Shown piece by piece: positions 43,884-53,691 of a stretch of 64,000 nt of DNA (position 1 is its first letter; each line of letters starts with the position of its first letter). A program made the translations under genes and the position numbers. This DNA is from Acidimicrobiales bacterium (lineage in GTDB: Bacteria > Actinomycetota > Acidimicrobiia > Acidimicrobiales > VFJN01). The notes below the pieces were generated by a model that saw only the letters and a list, made by a program, of their open reading frames with translations, made no database searches and was not told the DNA's origin. The stretch is from contig DASSDL010000224.1 of NCBI GenBank assembly GCA_035697145.1, positions 4,484 to 68,483 of the forward strand, written 5' to 3'.

Positions 43884-45916
43884 GCGCCTCGAAGGTCCCG
43901 GAGGAAACTCTCGATCTCGGCGCGGTCCTTCGTGCGGCGCATCCTTGGGAGGGTGGCGACGATCTTGGGCCCGTACCGCGCCGTCGCCAGGCGGGGGTCG
44001 AGCACGGCGACGGCCCCTCGATCGGTGGCCGTGCGGATGAGGCGGCCGGCGCCCTGTGCCAACAGCGTGGCGGCCCGCGGTACGTCGATGGCGTCGAACG
44101 CACCTGCGCCGACGTGCTCCCGCCGAGCCTGCAGGAGCGGGTCGTCGGGCCGTGGGAACGGCAGGCGGTCGATGCTGACCAGCGACAGGGACGGCCCCGG
44201 CACGTCGATGCCCTGCCAGAAGCTCATCGTGGCGAACAGGCACGTCTCGGGATCGCCGGCGAACCGGTCGACCAGCGCCGGCTTGGGCAGGTCGCCCTGG
44301 GCGAGCAGCGGGTAGGAGAGGCGCTCGCGCAGCGCCTCGACGGCGTGGTCCATGGCCCGATAGCTGGTGAACAACGCCAACGTGCGGCCGCCGGCGGCCT
44401 CGACGAGCGCGGCCAGCTCGTCGACTGCGGCGTCGCCCCAGCGCGGATCGGTGGGCCGGGGCAGCCGCGCCGCGCAGTAGATGAGGCCGTTGGCCTGGTA
44501 GTCGAACGGGCTGCCCACGTCGAGCGGCCCCTCGGACCCCGCCGACAACCCGAGCCGGGCGCCAAACCCGGGGGCGATGGTGGCGCTCGTCAGCACCGCC
44601 GGCCGCCGCGACCAGAGCTGACGCTGCAACAGCGGCGCGACGTCCAATGGCGCCAGACGCAGCATTGGCGCCCGCTCGGGCCCGGACACGAACAGCACGT
44701 GGCCCTCAGCCGGTTGCGCCACGGCGTCGATGTCGTCGAGGAGGGACGTCGCCGCCTGGCGCGCCCGCACCGCCCGGGCCGTGGCGTCGTCGGTGGCATC
44801 GTCGGGGATCGACCGCAGCGCCGCCAGTGCCTCCTCGACGCGGTTGCGCAGCCGCACCAGAGCGTCGGCCAGGTCTGTGGGGAGCGGGGTTACGAGACGC
44901 CGGTCGCGGTGTCCCACCAGGGCGTCGGTGAGCAGGCTGCCGGCGTCGTTGACCCGGGCGATGGTGTCGCCGGCGTCGGCGAGGATGCCGCGCAGTGCCC
45001 GGGCGAGGTGGGCGAACCGCCCGGCGGCCAGCTCGACCCCGGCGGTGGCCGAGATGATGTCGTCGATCTGGTGGGCCTCGTCGATGATGGCGACGTCATG
45101 GTCGGGCAGGACGCCGCCGTCGCTGGCCAGGTCGATCCCGTAGAGGTGCTGGTTGACGACCACAACGTCGGCCGCGGCGGCGCGAGCCCGAGCGGCCTCG
45201 GCGAAGCAGTCGTCGCCGCGAGGGCAGCGGTGGGCGCCGGGGCAGTCGCGCGCGGTGGTGCTCACCGCAGCCCATGCCGCCTCGGAGGGCTCGTGGTCGA
45301 GGTCGGCCCGGTCGCCGGTGGAGGTCGTACGGGCCCAGTCGGACAGGCGCGCCAGCTCGACGGGGTCTGCCCGCTCGGCGAACCCGTCGATGTGGTCGAG
45401 CCCCAGCTGTTCCCCGCCGGCGGGGAGATCGGCGTCGGTCGAGCCGGGGGCCAGCTCTGCGAGGCGTTGAGCGCAGAGGTAGTTGGAGCGACCCTTGAGG
45501 ACCGCCCAGTCGAAGGGATCATCCAGGTGCTCGTCGAGGAAGGGCAGGTCCTTGGTGGCGAGTTGGTCTTGCAGCGCCCGGGTGGCGGTGGCGACGACGA
45601 CCCGGCGGCCCGAGAGGATGGCCGGGACCAGGTAGCCCAGCGTCTTGCCGGTGCCGGTGCCGGCGCGCACGACCAGATGGCGCCCTTCGGTCACCGCCGT
45701 GGCGACCGCCTCGGCCATCTCGACCTGACCCGGCCGCGCTTCGCCGCCACCGGGCAGTGCTGCCACCACCCGCTCGAGCGCAGCTGCGCTGCGGTTCCCG
45801 CTGTCGGTCGCCGGCAACTGGCCAGTCGGCGCCTGGTCGACCTCGGGTTGCGGCATCGCCGGCGACCGTAGCGTGGTATCGGGCCGAGCCTGGCCACTGT
45901 CGAGAAGGTCGGTCAT
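43880..45916 (-). CDS. dinG: DinG/XPD-family ATP-dependent DNA helicase (Fe-S type)
   Basis: VVRAGTGTGKTLGYL (Walker A), AIIDEAHQ (DEAH), and four Cys in LCAQ...DCPGAHRCPRGDDCF. ATGA overlap with the adnB stop. Confidence 0.85.
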   Translation of the reverse strand: MTDLLDSGQARPDTTLRSPAMPQPEVDQAPTGQLPATDSGNRSAAALERVVAALPGGGEARPGQVEMAEAVATAVTEGRHLVVRAGTGTGKTLGYLVPAILSGRRVVVATATRALQDQLATKDLPFLDEHLDDPFDWAVLKGRSNYLCAQRLAELAPGSTDADLPAGGEQLGLDHIDGFAERADPVELARLSDWARTTSTGDRADLDHEPSEAAWAAVSTTARDCPGAHRCPRGDDCFAEAARARAAAADVVVVNQHLYGIDLASDGGVLPDHDVAIIDEAHQIDDIISATAGVELAAGRFAHLARALRGILADAGDTIARVNDAGSLLTDALVGHRDRRLVTPLPTDLADALVRLRNRVEEALAALRSIPDDATDDATARAVRARQAATSLLDDIDAVAQPAEGHVLFVSGPERAPMLRLAPLDVAPLLQRQLWSRRPAVLTSATIAPGFGARLGLSAGSEGPLDVGSPFDYQANGLIYCAARLPRPTDPRWGDAAVDELAALVEAAGGRTLALFTSYRAMDHAVEALRERLSYPLLAQGDLPKPALVDRFAGDPETCLFATMSFWQGIDVPGPSLSLVSIDRLPFPRPDDPLLQARREHVGAGAFDAIDVPRAATLLAQGAGRLIRTATDRGAVAVLDPRLATARYGPKIVATLPRMRRTKDRAEIESFLRDLRGA

Positions 45917-48900
45917 GTCGCCACGAGCCGGGGATCGGCGGCCAGCGCAAAGCTGCGGGCCTCGGCCACGGCGTCGGCGAGGTCGGGGATTGAGCGCTCG
46001 ACCGCGCCATCTGGGGTCAGGAACACGAAGACCATGTCGAGCACCGGCTCACGGGTGGCGTCGGCGAGGGCGAGGGCATAGGACGCGCCCTGCATGCGGT
46101 AGCGCTGGACCAAGGGATCGAGGTCGACATCGATGCTCTGCGGTCCGGTCTTGTAGTCGACCACCACCAGGCCGCCGGGGCGCCGGTACAGCAGGTCGAC
46201 GTAACCCTCGAGTGTGCGGTTGTCGCCGACCGGTACGCCGACATAAACCTCTCGCCAGTGCGGTGCGGCCGCGGCGGCGACCACCGACGCCGACCGCAGT
46301 GCCGCTTCGACCAGCCGGCGGACGTGTGGTTCGTGGCCGCTCACGCCCTCGGCAGCGGCCTGGGCGGCCACCGCCTCGGCGATGCCGCCTCCGCTGGCGA
46401 GGTCGATCGTCTGCAGCACGCCGTGCACGGCTCGCCCGATCGCGGTGCCGTAGCGGCCCTTCTGCCATGGCGGCAGGTCGAGGTCGCGGGGCCGCTTGCG
46501 CAAGCCAGGATCGTCGAGCGCATCAGGGCGGCCATCCTCGGTGAGGGCCGTGGCGGCCAGCGTGCGCGGGCGGCCGCTGGCGGCGACGGCGGCGTCGCGG
46601 ACGCGACGCCAGTCGTCGAAGGACGGCAGCGGAGCGGTAGGGGGCGGAGCGGTGGTCGTCGCGGAGCCGGTCGTGGCCGGCCCGTCGGCCGGGACGTCGG
46701 AGACTTCAGCGCCCACCCCGAGGAGGGTGTCGGGCGGGGGCGCAGCGTCGGGGAGATCGTCGAGCAGATCGCCCAACGCCGCCGTGAGCAGCTCGGCGCT
46801 GGTGAGGCGCGCGGGATCGTCGGGCACGGTGCCGCGCACGGCACGGTGCAGGGAGACGACGAGGTGATCACGCGCCCGCGTGCAGGCCACGTAGAGCAGG
46901 CGGATGCGTTCGTCGTGCGACATCTGCTCGTCGATCGGCAGCCATGCCTCGAACGCGTCCGAGCGCACCTTGTTGCCGACCCGGATGATCGCCGGCCCAT
47001 CGGGTGGCCACGCCACCTCGGCTCCGGCGCTGCGCCGCTGGGGCCGGGTCGAAAGGCCGGCGACGATGGTGATCGGAAACTGCAGGCCCTTGGCCGCGTG
47101 CACCGTCATGATGCGCACCGCGTCGTCGTCGGTCTCCGGCAGCACCGCTTCGGCGACGCGGCTGCCCTCGGCGGTCTGCTGGCGCACCCACTCGAGGTAC
47201 TGGCGCAGCGAGCCATTGGTGGCATCGGTCCAGGCCCGAGCCTGGTCGAGCACGAACCGCACTCGCCGCCAGAGGTCGCGTGGTCGACCCTCGGCGGGCC
47301 CGAGCTCGAGCAGTCGCCGGTCGCGCACCACCTGGTCGGCCAGCTCGCTCGGTGACCGCCATGCCCGGATGTCGTGCATCCGGCGTAGGTAGGCCAGCCC
47401 GCGGGCCACGGGATCGTCGGCGGGCATCCCATCCGGGGGCATGGCCGTGGGATCGAACCGACCGCCGTGATGGTGCCGGAAGCGGAAGAGGTCGTCGTCG
47501 CCGCAGCCGAACATCGGCGATCGCAGCGCCGCGACGACGCTCAGCTCGTCGCTTGGATCGTCGACGGCACGCAGCGTGAGCAGCAGGTCGCGGACCAGCC
47601 GGCTGGCGTACACCAGCGAGGCCGACTCGGCCCGGTACGGGATGCCGGCGTCTGTGAGCGCGTCCTCCAGCGCGGGGAGGGACAGCCGCGTGGGCACGAG
47701 GATGGCGACGTCTCCGGCCCGAGCCGGCCGCCAGCCGTGCTGGCCGACGTCGGCCGAGTGGTCGACGAGCCAGCCCTCGTCGAGCGCGCGACGGATGGCG
47801 GTCGCGACCTCGGCCGACTCGCGGCGGCGTACGTCTTCGGCCGAGAGCCGAATCGTCTTCTGGCCCGGGGCGACGGGGCCGGGCGAATCACCGGTCGGCG
47901 GGTTTTGGGGTGGCTCCTCGCCGTGCTGCTTGCGACCGAGGACGCTGACCGCCGGGCCAACCGGCGCGTCGTCGCGCACCGCGACCAGGGCGTCGTATCC
48001 GGGTTGCGAGCGCACACCACCGTGCCACTGTGGCCGGATGAGCCGCCCGAAGACGAGGTTGACGGCGCTGATGACCGATCGCGTCGAGCGGTAGTTGGTG
48101 GTGAGCGCCAGCTGCCCGCCGCCGCGACCGAAGCGATCGGCTGCCCGCAGGAACAGGGAGATGTCGGCGCGGCGGAACCGGTAGATGGACTGCTTGGGAT
48201 CGCCGACGAAGAACAGGTGGCCGGGACGGACCTCAACCTGGTCCCAAGGCAGGTCACCCGACCCGGGATGGAGCCCGGCGATGAGCACCGCCAGCTCGAT
48301 CTGGATGGGGTCGGTGTCCTGGAACTCGTCGATCAGCAGGTGGCGGTAGCGCCGGTGCAGCGCAGCGCGCACCACGCGGCCGTGCGGGCCACGCAGCATC
48401 TGGCGCGCCAGCACCAGCAGGTCGTGGAACTCGAGTTGCCCCGCCTGTCGGCGCTCGGCTGCGGCATCGAGCGTGAACCGGCGTAGCTCGACCGCCAGCC
48501 GCGTGACGGCGGCCAGCGCCACCTCGGTGCGCAGCTCCTCGCTGCGGGTGCACACGTCGTCGATCCGGGCGCGCAGACCGCCGAGGTCGTAGTCGTCGGG
48601 CCAGCGGGCCTTGGCGCCGCGCCCCCCAGCATTGGGCCTGCTGTCGCTCGAAAGCAGAGCCAACTTGGTGTACTCGTCGCTCGCGGTCCGCACCCGGCCC
48701 GCCCATTCCTCCAACTGGCAGAGGCGCTGGTGGAGCGTGTCGTCATCGTCGGCCTCGTGCCGCTCGTCGCATGCCCCGGCCAGCTCGCCCAGCAAGGCGT
48801 CGAGCCGCGGCGTCCACTCCGAAGGGTCGATGGGTTCGGATGGCGCCTGGGATTCGGCAAGGTCCCAGTTGTCGTTGAAGGCGAGGGCGACGACGCGGAG

Positions 48901-49473
48901 CGCGGTGAGCCGCACCCCCGCCGCCGTGGCGAGCAACAGCGGGCGCTCGATCGCCTCGTTGGCCAACAGCTCGTCGACGAAACCGGCCCAGCGATCGTCG
49001 AAGGCCACGGTCGACGCCACCTCGTCGAGCACCTCGATCCGCGGCGGAAGCCCGGCCTCGATGGGATGCTCGACCAGCAGCCGCTGGGCGAAGCTGTGCA
49101 GAGTGCCGATGGCGGCGCCGTCGAGGTCGTCAAGGGCTTGGGCGCAGCGGTCGGCCACCGCGGGATCGGCGGCGCTCCGGGCCCGCTCGAGCTCGCCTTC
49201 GAGCTGGCGTCGCACGCGGTCGCGCAGCTCGCTGGCCGCCTTTTCGGTGAACGTGATGGCGGCGATCGCCTCGATGCCGGCGGTGCCCGTCGTGACGAGG
49301 TTGACGATGCGCCCCACCAGCTCCTGGGTCTTGCCCGAGCCGGCGCCCGCCTCCACGAACAGCGTCTCGTCCAGCGCCGCCGCGATGCGGTCGCGCGCTG
49401 CGGCGTCGGGCTGCGTCAGGTCGGCCGCCAAGGGGTGGCCGGCTAGCGCGACCGGAGGAACGGCGGCGTTCAC
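45913..49473 (-). CDS. adnB: UvrD-type helicase / RecB-type nuclease AdnB-like subunit
   Basis: 1186 aa. VEAGAGSGKTQELV (Walker A), LLIDEFQDTD, TVHAAKGLQFP, C-terminal nuclease GYVDLLY...VVVDYKTG. GTGA overlap with adnA. Confidence 0.8.
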   Translation of the reverse strand: MNAAVPPVALAGHPLAADLTQPDAAARDRIAAALDETLFVEAGAGSGKTQELVGRIVNLVTTGTAGIEAIAAITFTEKAASELRDRVRRQLEGELERARSAADPAVADRCAQALDDLDGAAIGTLHSFAQRLLVEHPIEAGLPPRIEVLDEVASTVAFDDRWAGFVDELLANEAIERPLLLATAAGVRLTALRVVALAFNDNWDLAESQAPSEPIDPSEWTPRLDALLGELAGACDERHEADDDDTLHQRLCQLEEWAGRVRTASDEYTKLALLSSDSRPNAGGRGAKARWPDDYDLGGLRARIDDVCTRSEELRTEVALAAVTRLAVELRRFTLDAAAERRQAGQLEFHDLLVLARQMLRGPHGRVVRAALHRRYRHLLIDEFQDTDPIQIELAVLIAGLHPGSGDLPWDQVEVRPGHLFFVGDPKQSIYRFRRADISLFLRAADRFGRGGGQLALTTNYRSTRSVISAVNLVFGRLIRPQWHGGVRSQPGYDALVAVRDDAPVGPAVSVLGRKQHGEEPPQNPPTGDSPGPVAPGQKTIRLSAEDVRRRESAEVATAIRRALDEGWLVDHSADVGQHGWRPARAGDVAILVPTRLSLPALEDALTDAGIPYRAESASLVYASRLVRDLLLTLRAVDDPSDELSVVAALRSPMFGCGDDDLFRFRHHHGGRFDPTAMPPDGMPADDPVARGLAYLRRMHDIRAWRSPSELADQVVRDRRLLELGPAEGRPRDLWRRVRFVLDQARAWTDATNGSLRQYLEWVRQQTAEGSRVAEAVLPETDDDAVRIMTVHAAKGLQFPITIVAGLSTRPQRRSAGAEVAWPPDGPAIIRVGNKVRSDAFEAWLPIDEQMSHDERIRLLYVACTRARDHLVVSLHRAVRGTVPDDPARLTSAELLTAALGDLLDDLPDAAPPPDTLLGVGAEVSDVPADGPATTGSATTTAPPPTAPLPSFDDWRRVRDAAVAASGRPRTLAATALTEDGRPDALDDPGLRKRPRDLDLPPWQKGRYGTAIGRAVHGVLQTIDLASGGGIAEAVAAQAAAEGVSGHEPHVRRLVEAALRSASVVAAAAAPHWREVYVGVPVGDNRTLEGYVDLLYRRPGGLVVVDYKTGPQSIDVDLDPLVQRYRMQGASYALALADATREPVLDMVFVFLTPDGAVERSIPDLADAVAEARSFALAADPRLVAT

Positions 49474-52400
49474 GGTTCCGCCATCTCGGCGTAGGCGGCG
49501 ATGGCCGGATGGTTGCGCTTGCGCTCCCAGTCGCGCCGCAGGTCGGCCGCGCCGAGCCCGTCGGGGTCGCAGTAGGGACAGGTCACCCAGGGCGTGCCCG
49601 AGGCGTCGGGCCGGGCCGGAAACGCCCCCCGCTCGATGCCGTCGACGATGGTCGCCAGCGTGGTGCCCACCCGGGCCAACACCTGATCGTCGACCGCGTA
49701 GCCGATGCGCCGGAAGCCCTCGCGGTCGGAGATGAACCAGTAGTGCGCCTGCACGGGCGCATCGGGTCGGCCGACGAACTGGCGTGCGGCCAGGCCATAG
49801 ACCGGAAGCTGGAGCTTGGTGCCACGCTCGTCGGGGTTGTCGGGGCCGAGCCGGCGAAAGTCGTCGGCCTTGCCGGTCTTGTAGTCGACGACGTGGACGG
49901 TGCCGTCGTCGCTGACGTCGACGCGGTCGGCGGCGCCGCGGAAGAGGAGGTTCCTGCCATCGGCGAGCGGCAGCACGACAGGCCCGGGGCCGACGGCGTC
50001 GTCGCCATAGCCGAAACGCAGCTCAGCGGCGACGGGACGGCTGCCATCGCGGCGCCGGTGGGTGTCGTCGTCGATCAGGAAGCGATCGGCCAGCGCAAGT
50101 ATCTGCGCCCGCTCTCGTCGCCAGAAGACCGGTCGACCGGTGAGGCCCCGCGCCTCGTAGTCGTCGCACACCCGCTCGGCGAGCTGGCGCATGCGGGCGT
50201 GGTCGCTCGGCGACCACGGCTGCTCGGGAGTGGGTCGCTCCTCGGCCGGGCGGGCGAGCACATCGTCGATGAACGACTGGAGGATCTGGTGGACCAGCGA
50301 CCCCCGGTCCCACGCCGAGATCGTGAGCTGCCGCGCCGGGTCCTCGACCGGTTCGACCTGCAGCAGGTGGTTGACGAAGTAGGCGTACGGGCACTCGGCC
50401 CACGACTCGAGCCGTGTGGAGGACACCACCTCGTCGAGCGGTGACGGGACCACGACGCCGGCGAGGTTGCCGTCGAACCGGGTGAAGTCGCGGCTGCGGC
50501 GCGCCCGCACCACGCGGCTGCCGGCTTCGACGAGGGGATCGTGGCCCGCCCCCGCCCGCAACCGGTACTCCTGCTCGGTGGCCGGAAACTCGGTGTGGGT
50601 CACGGCATGGGCGAACGACGGCACGTGCTCGGTCCCGCCGCCTCGTGCGGGTGACCACGCCGGCAGATCGACCAGCCACCGCGACGGGACCCGTTCGCTG
50701 CTCGACCGCAGGTCACCGCGCGGTGCGCACAGCAGGTGGCGGTCGGCCGCGGCCAGTGCCGTCAGGAAGCGCCGCTGCTCGCGCCCCACCCGGTCGCGTC
50801 GCAGGGGCAGCTCACCCCCGGCGAGGCGCCGCTCACCATCGGGAAGCAGCGAGTCATCGTGGACGGCCGCCGGCAGCGTGCCCTCGGCCATCCCGAGGAC
50901 GATGATCAGGTCGAGATCGAGACCCACGGCGAACGACAGCGGCCCGACCAACACACCCTCGCCGAACCGTCCGACGCGGCCGAGGTCGGCGTCGAGCTCG
51001 AGCTCCAGCGTGCGGCGGAACACCTCGAGGGACGGGGGATCGTCGATGCCGTCGAGGGAGGCCAGTCGCTCGAGCGCGGCCTCGACCCGATCGGCTGCCC
51101 GCTGCTCGTCGGGCGGCCAATCGACACCGACGCCTCGCAGGTCGCCGCCGATCAGGCGGCTGCCGAGCCGGCGCAGCCACCGCACCCGAGTGCTCCAGGG
51201 TTTGGGCCCGGCCCCTGCGTCGGTGATGTCATCGATCAGCCCGACGACGATTGTCGCCAGGTCGCGCACCCGCTGCGCCCGGCGACACATTCGCTCGAAG
51301 GCCTCGCGGCGCCTCTCGGCGCCCGTCTCGTCGAACGGATCGGTGCCGGCGACCTCGATGTCGCCCGCCCGGCGGTCGAGCTCGGCGGCCAGCCGCTCGA
51401 GCCGCTGGCTCCACTGGTCGCGTCCTGCCACCACGCCTGCCCGCCGCGACACTCGCTGCCACTCCGCAGCCGGCACCTTCCCCGCCGGACCTTGCCCCCC
51501 GGCGCTGCGGCTGAGCAGACCCACAACATCGGCGCGCCGGAAGTCGTGGTCGGGAAGGGCGAGCAGGTCGAGGAGCGAGCGACCCACCAAGCTTCCCGCG
51601 ACAGGACGCACGGCGGCGCCGTTGCGGGAGATACCGGCCGCGTCGAGGTGTTCGTGAACCAGGCGCCCGTAGGGCTCGCGTGTCCCGAAGAGGATGGCGA
51701 TGCGTTCGAGAGGCGTGCCGCCGCGGGTGGCGTCGACCACCGCTCGGACTGCGGCCCGCACCTCGTCGTCGGCATCGGAGGCGGTGAGCACGCGGGTGGT
51801 GCCGTTGTGCCCAGGGGCCGCCGCCAGATCAGTCGCCGGCATCTCGACATCGAGGCGGGCGAGCGAGCGTCGCACTCCGGCGTCGGCTCCCTCCGCGCCG
51901 GTGACGCCGACGACCACAGTGGCGGGGCATGCCTCGGCCACCGTGGCAACGAGACGGGCCTGCCTTTGGAGCAGATCCTGAGGGAGGTAGATGACGACGT
52001 GCCCGAGCTCGCGGCGCACCCGGGCGGACTCGCCTCGCACCGCGTCGACGGCCGCTTCGGTCAGGTCGGCCTCGTCGTACCAGCCCTGACGCAGGACTGC
52101 CCGCGCCTGCCGGCACAGGCGCACCACGTCGGAGGCCCGGCGTCCAGCCGCCGCCAACGCCTCGAGACCACCGGCCGAGACGTCGGACAGTTCGCCGAAG
52201 GCGGCCACCAGCGCGGCCTCGGTGGCCGGGTGCTCGGCCACCGGCGCGAACAGCCCCGGGTCGCGACGCAGCACCTTGCGCAGGGCGGCAGCAAGCACCG
52301 GGGTCGATACCGGGCGGCGTTGCTCGGCTGCCAGCCGGGCCGCCCCGAGCAGCTCGGCCAGCCGGTAAGCGGTGAGGAACGTCACCGCCGCCACGCCCGC

Positions 52401-52589
52401 ACCCCCGTCGCTCACCGGACCCAACGAACCGCTGGCCAGCGCCCGCCGGGCGGTCACACCGACGTGGTTGGCGGGCACGATCACCGTGACGGGGGCCAGG
52501 GGATCGCCCCCCTTGGCTGCCGCCACTGCGCGTCGCAACGCCAGGAGGGCGGGGCGCCCATATGCGGTGGCCACGACGTCGAGGGGCAC
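49470..52589 (-). CDS. adnA: helicase-nuclease AdnA-like subunit (degenerate motor, PD-(D/E)XK nuclease)
   Basis: 1039 aa. No Walker A at the N-terminus (VIVPANHVGV). C-terminal ADRVDVSDDGTVHVVDYKTGK nuclease motif. The gene order adnA->adnB matches mycobacteria. Confidence 0.75.
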   Translation of the reverse strand: MPLDVVATAYGRPALLALRRAVAAAKGGDPLAPVTVIVPANHVGVTARRALASGSLGPVSDGGAGVAAVTFLTAYRLAELLGAARLAAEQRRPVSTPVLAAALRKVLRRDPGLFAPVAEHPATEAALVAAFGELSDVSAGGLEALAAAGRRASDVVRLCRQARAVLRQGWYDEADLTEAAVDAVRGESARVRRELGHVVIYLPQDLLQRQARLVATVAEACPATVVVGVTGAEGADAGVRRSLARLDVEMPATDLAAAPGHNGTTRVLTASDADDEVRAAVRAVVDATRGGTPLERIAILFGTREPYGRLVHEHLDAAGISRNGAAVRPVAGSLVGRSLLDLLALPDHDFRRADVVGLLSRSAGGQGPAGKVPAAEWQRVSRRAGVVAGRDQWSQRLERLAAELDRRAGDIEVAGTDPFDETGAERRREAFERMCRRAQRVRDLATIVVGLIDDITDAGAGPKPWSTRVRWLRRLGSRLIGGDLRGVGVDWPPDEQRAADRVEAALERLASLDGIDDPPSLEVFRRTLELELDADLGRVGRFGEGVLVGPLSFAVGLDLDLIIVLGMAEGTLPAAVHDDSLLPDGERRLAGGELPLRRDRVGREQRRFLTALAAADRHLLCAPRGDLRSSSERVPSRWLVDLPAWSPARGGGTEHVPSFAHAVTHTEFPATEQEYRLRAGAGHDPLVEAGSRVVRARRSRDFTRFDGNLAGVVVPSPLDEVVSSTRLESWAECPYAYFVNHLLQVEPVEDPARQLTISAWDRGSLVHQILQSFIDDVLARPAEERPTPEQPWSPSDHARMRQLAERVCDDYEARGLTGRPVFWRRERAQILALADRFLIDDDTHRRRDGSRPVAAELRFGYGDDAVGPGPVVLPLADGRNLLFRGAADRVDVSDDGTVHVVDYKTGKADDFRRLGPDNPDERGTKLQLPVYGLAARQFVGRPDAPVQAHYWFISDREGFRRIGYAVDDQVLARVGTTLATIVDGIERGAFPARPDASGTPWVTCPYCDPDGLGAADLRRDWERKRNHPAIAAYAEMAEP

Positions 52590-52595
52590 GTGGCC

Positions 52596-52617
52596 AGGCT
52601 ATGCACCAGGTGTGACA
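52596..52617 (-). promoter_or_regulatory. RecA-NDp-like (PafBC-type) DNA-damage promoter, leaderless adnA
   Basis: Reverse strand TGTCACAC-CTGGTGCA-TAGCCT compared with the mycobacterial motif tTGTCRgtg-N8-TAnnnT. The -10-like hexamer ends 6 nt before the adnA GTG (52589). Confidence 0.4.
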
Positions 52618-52697
52618 GTGTCGGTCGTTAGACCGACGCCATCACGGGGTGGCGGGTGGGGGTCGGGCCGGACAGTGTCGGTCTTCGGGCCGGACAG

Positions 52698-53591
52698 TCA
52701 GCGGCGATCGTCCGACGCCGACTCGGACACGGCGCCACCGCGGTTGGTCTCGAGCGGCACCTGTCCGCTGATGTGCGGGACCTCGATGTCAACGGTGACC
52801 GTGCCGTGGTCGCGCTCGTAGCGCACGACGTTGAGCGCGGCCGCGTAGACGACCAGCCTCGCCGTCAGGGCAAACCACGCCAGGATGGCGAACACCACGC
52901 CCAGCGACCCGTACAGCGCCGACGCCGAGGCCACGGCCCGCGGCACGAACACCGATCCGATCACCTTCAGCACCTCGAGGCCGACGCCGCCCAGCAGTGC
53001 CCCGGGGAGGTGGGTTCTCCACGGGACGCTCACGTTGGTGAGCACCACGAACATCCACACGAACAGCAGGACGTCGAGGAGGAAGCCGGCCACGATCGTG
53101 GGCGCCGCCGCCGGTCCCGGCAGCTCGTTGAGCAGCGGCCCGAGCGACAGGGAGCCGAGGAACAGCAGCCCGGCGCCCAGCAGCCAAGCCGCCGCCACCA
53201 GGCGGGAGGTGAGGCCCCGGCCGGTCACCTGCCAGGTGGCGTTGAGGGCGTTCTCGAGCGCCCCGGCCACCCCGAGGCCGGCCCACGCGAGCCCGACCAG
53301 CCCGACCACCGAGGCCGTCCGCCGGCTGCCCTCGGCGGTGTCGATGACGTCGACGACCTGATCGGCCGCCCTTCCCTCGAGCCCCAGCTGGTCGACCACC
53401 TCGGCCGCGAAGTCCGTTTCCCCGGCTGCGAAGTAGCCGAGGACGGCGACGCCCACCAGCAGCAGCGGGAACAGCGACAGGAATGCGGCGAGCGCGATCG
53501 ACGACGACAGCGGACCCCCGCCGACGGCGCCCACCCGCTCGTGCACCGGCAGGATCGACCGTACGACAGGGAGGCGCCGAAGACGTTCCAC
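52698..53591 (-). CDS. YihY/BrkB (virulence factor BrkB / RNase BN-like) family membrane protein
   Basis: LSSSIALAAFLSLFPLLLVG..., six hydrophobic segments. The ORF is open to 53789 but that would overlap uppS; GTG 53591 is proposed. Confidence 0.7.
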   Translation of the reverse strand: MERLRRLPVVRSILPVHERVGAVGGGPLSSSIALAAFLSLFPLLLVGVAVLGYFAAGETDFAAEVVDQLGLEGRAADQVVDVIDTAEGSRRTASVVGLVGLAWAGLGVAGALENALNATWQVTGRGLTSRLVAAAWLLGAGLLFLGSLSLGPLLNELPGPAAAPTIVAGFLLDVLLFVWMFVVLTNVSVPWRTHLPGALLGGVGLEVLKVIGSVFVPRAVASASALYGSLGVVFAILAWFALTARLVVYAAALNVVRYERDHGTVTVDIEVPHISGQVPLETNRGGAVSESASDDRR

Positions 53592-53691
53592 ACCCTTGCC
53601 GTACCCCCTGGAAGGGGTCGGTCGTTCCCCGAGTTGCAGGATGTAGCTTGCGCGAGTGCCCCCCGACGGCTCCAGCACCCGCGCGAGATCG

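Noticed and set aside
43676-45871. 731-aa + strand ORF. Similar long antisense ORFs occur at 50736..52631, 57946..59640, 60580..61890, 17223..18740, 17566..19404, 13017..14372, 12902..14563 and 42390..44243.
   Set aside because: These are typical stop-poor antisense or out-of-frame ORFs of a high-GC genome. Their composition is Arg/Pro/Gly/Ala-dominated and they show no motifs. Each lies opposite a gene with clear family signatures.
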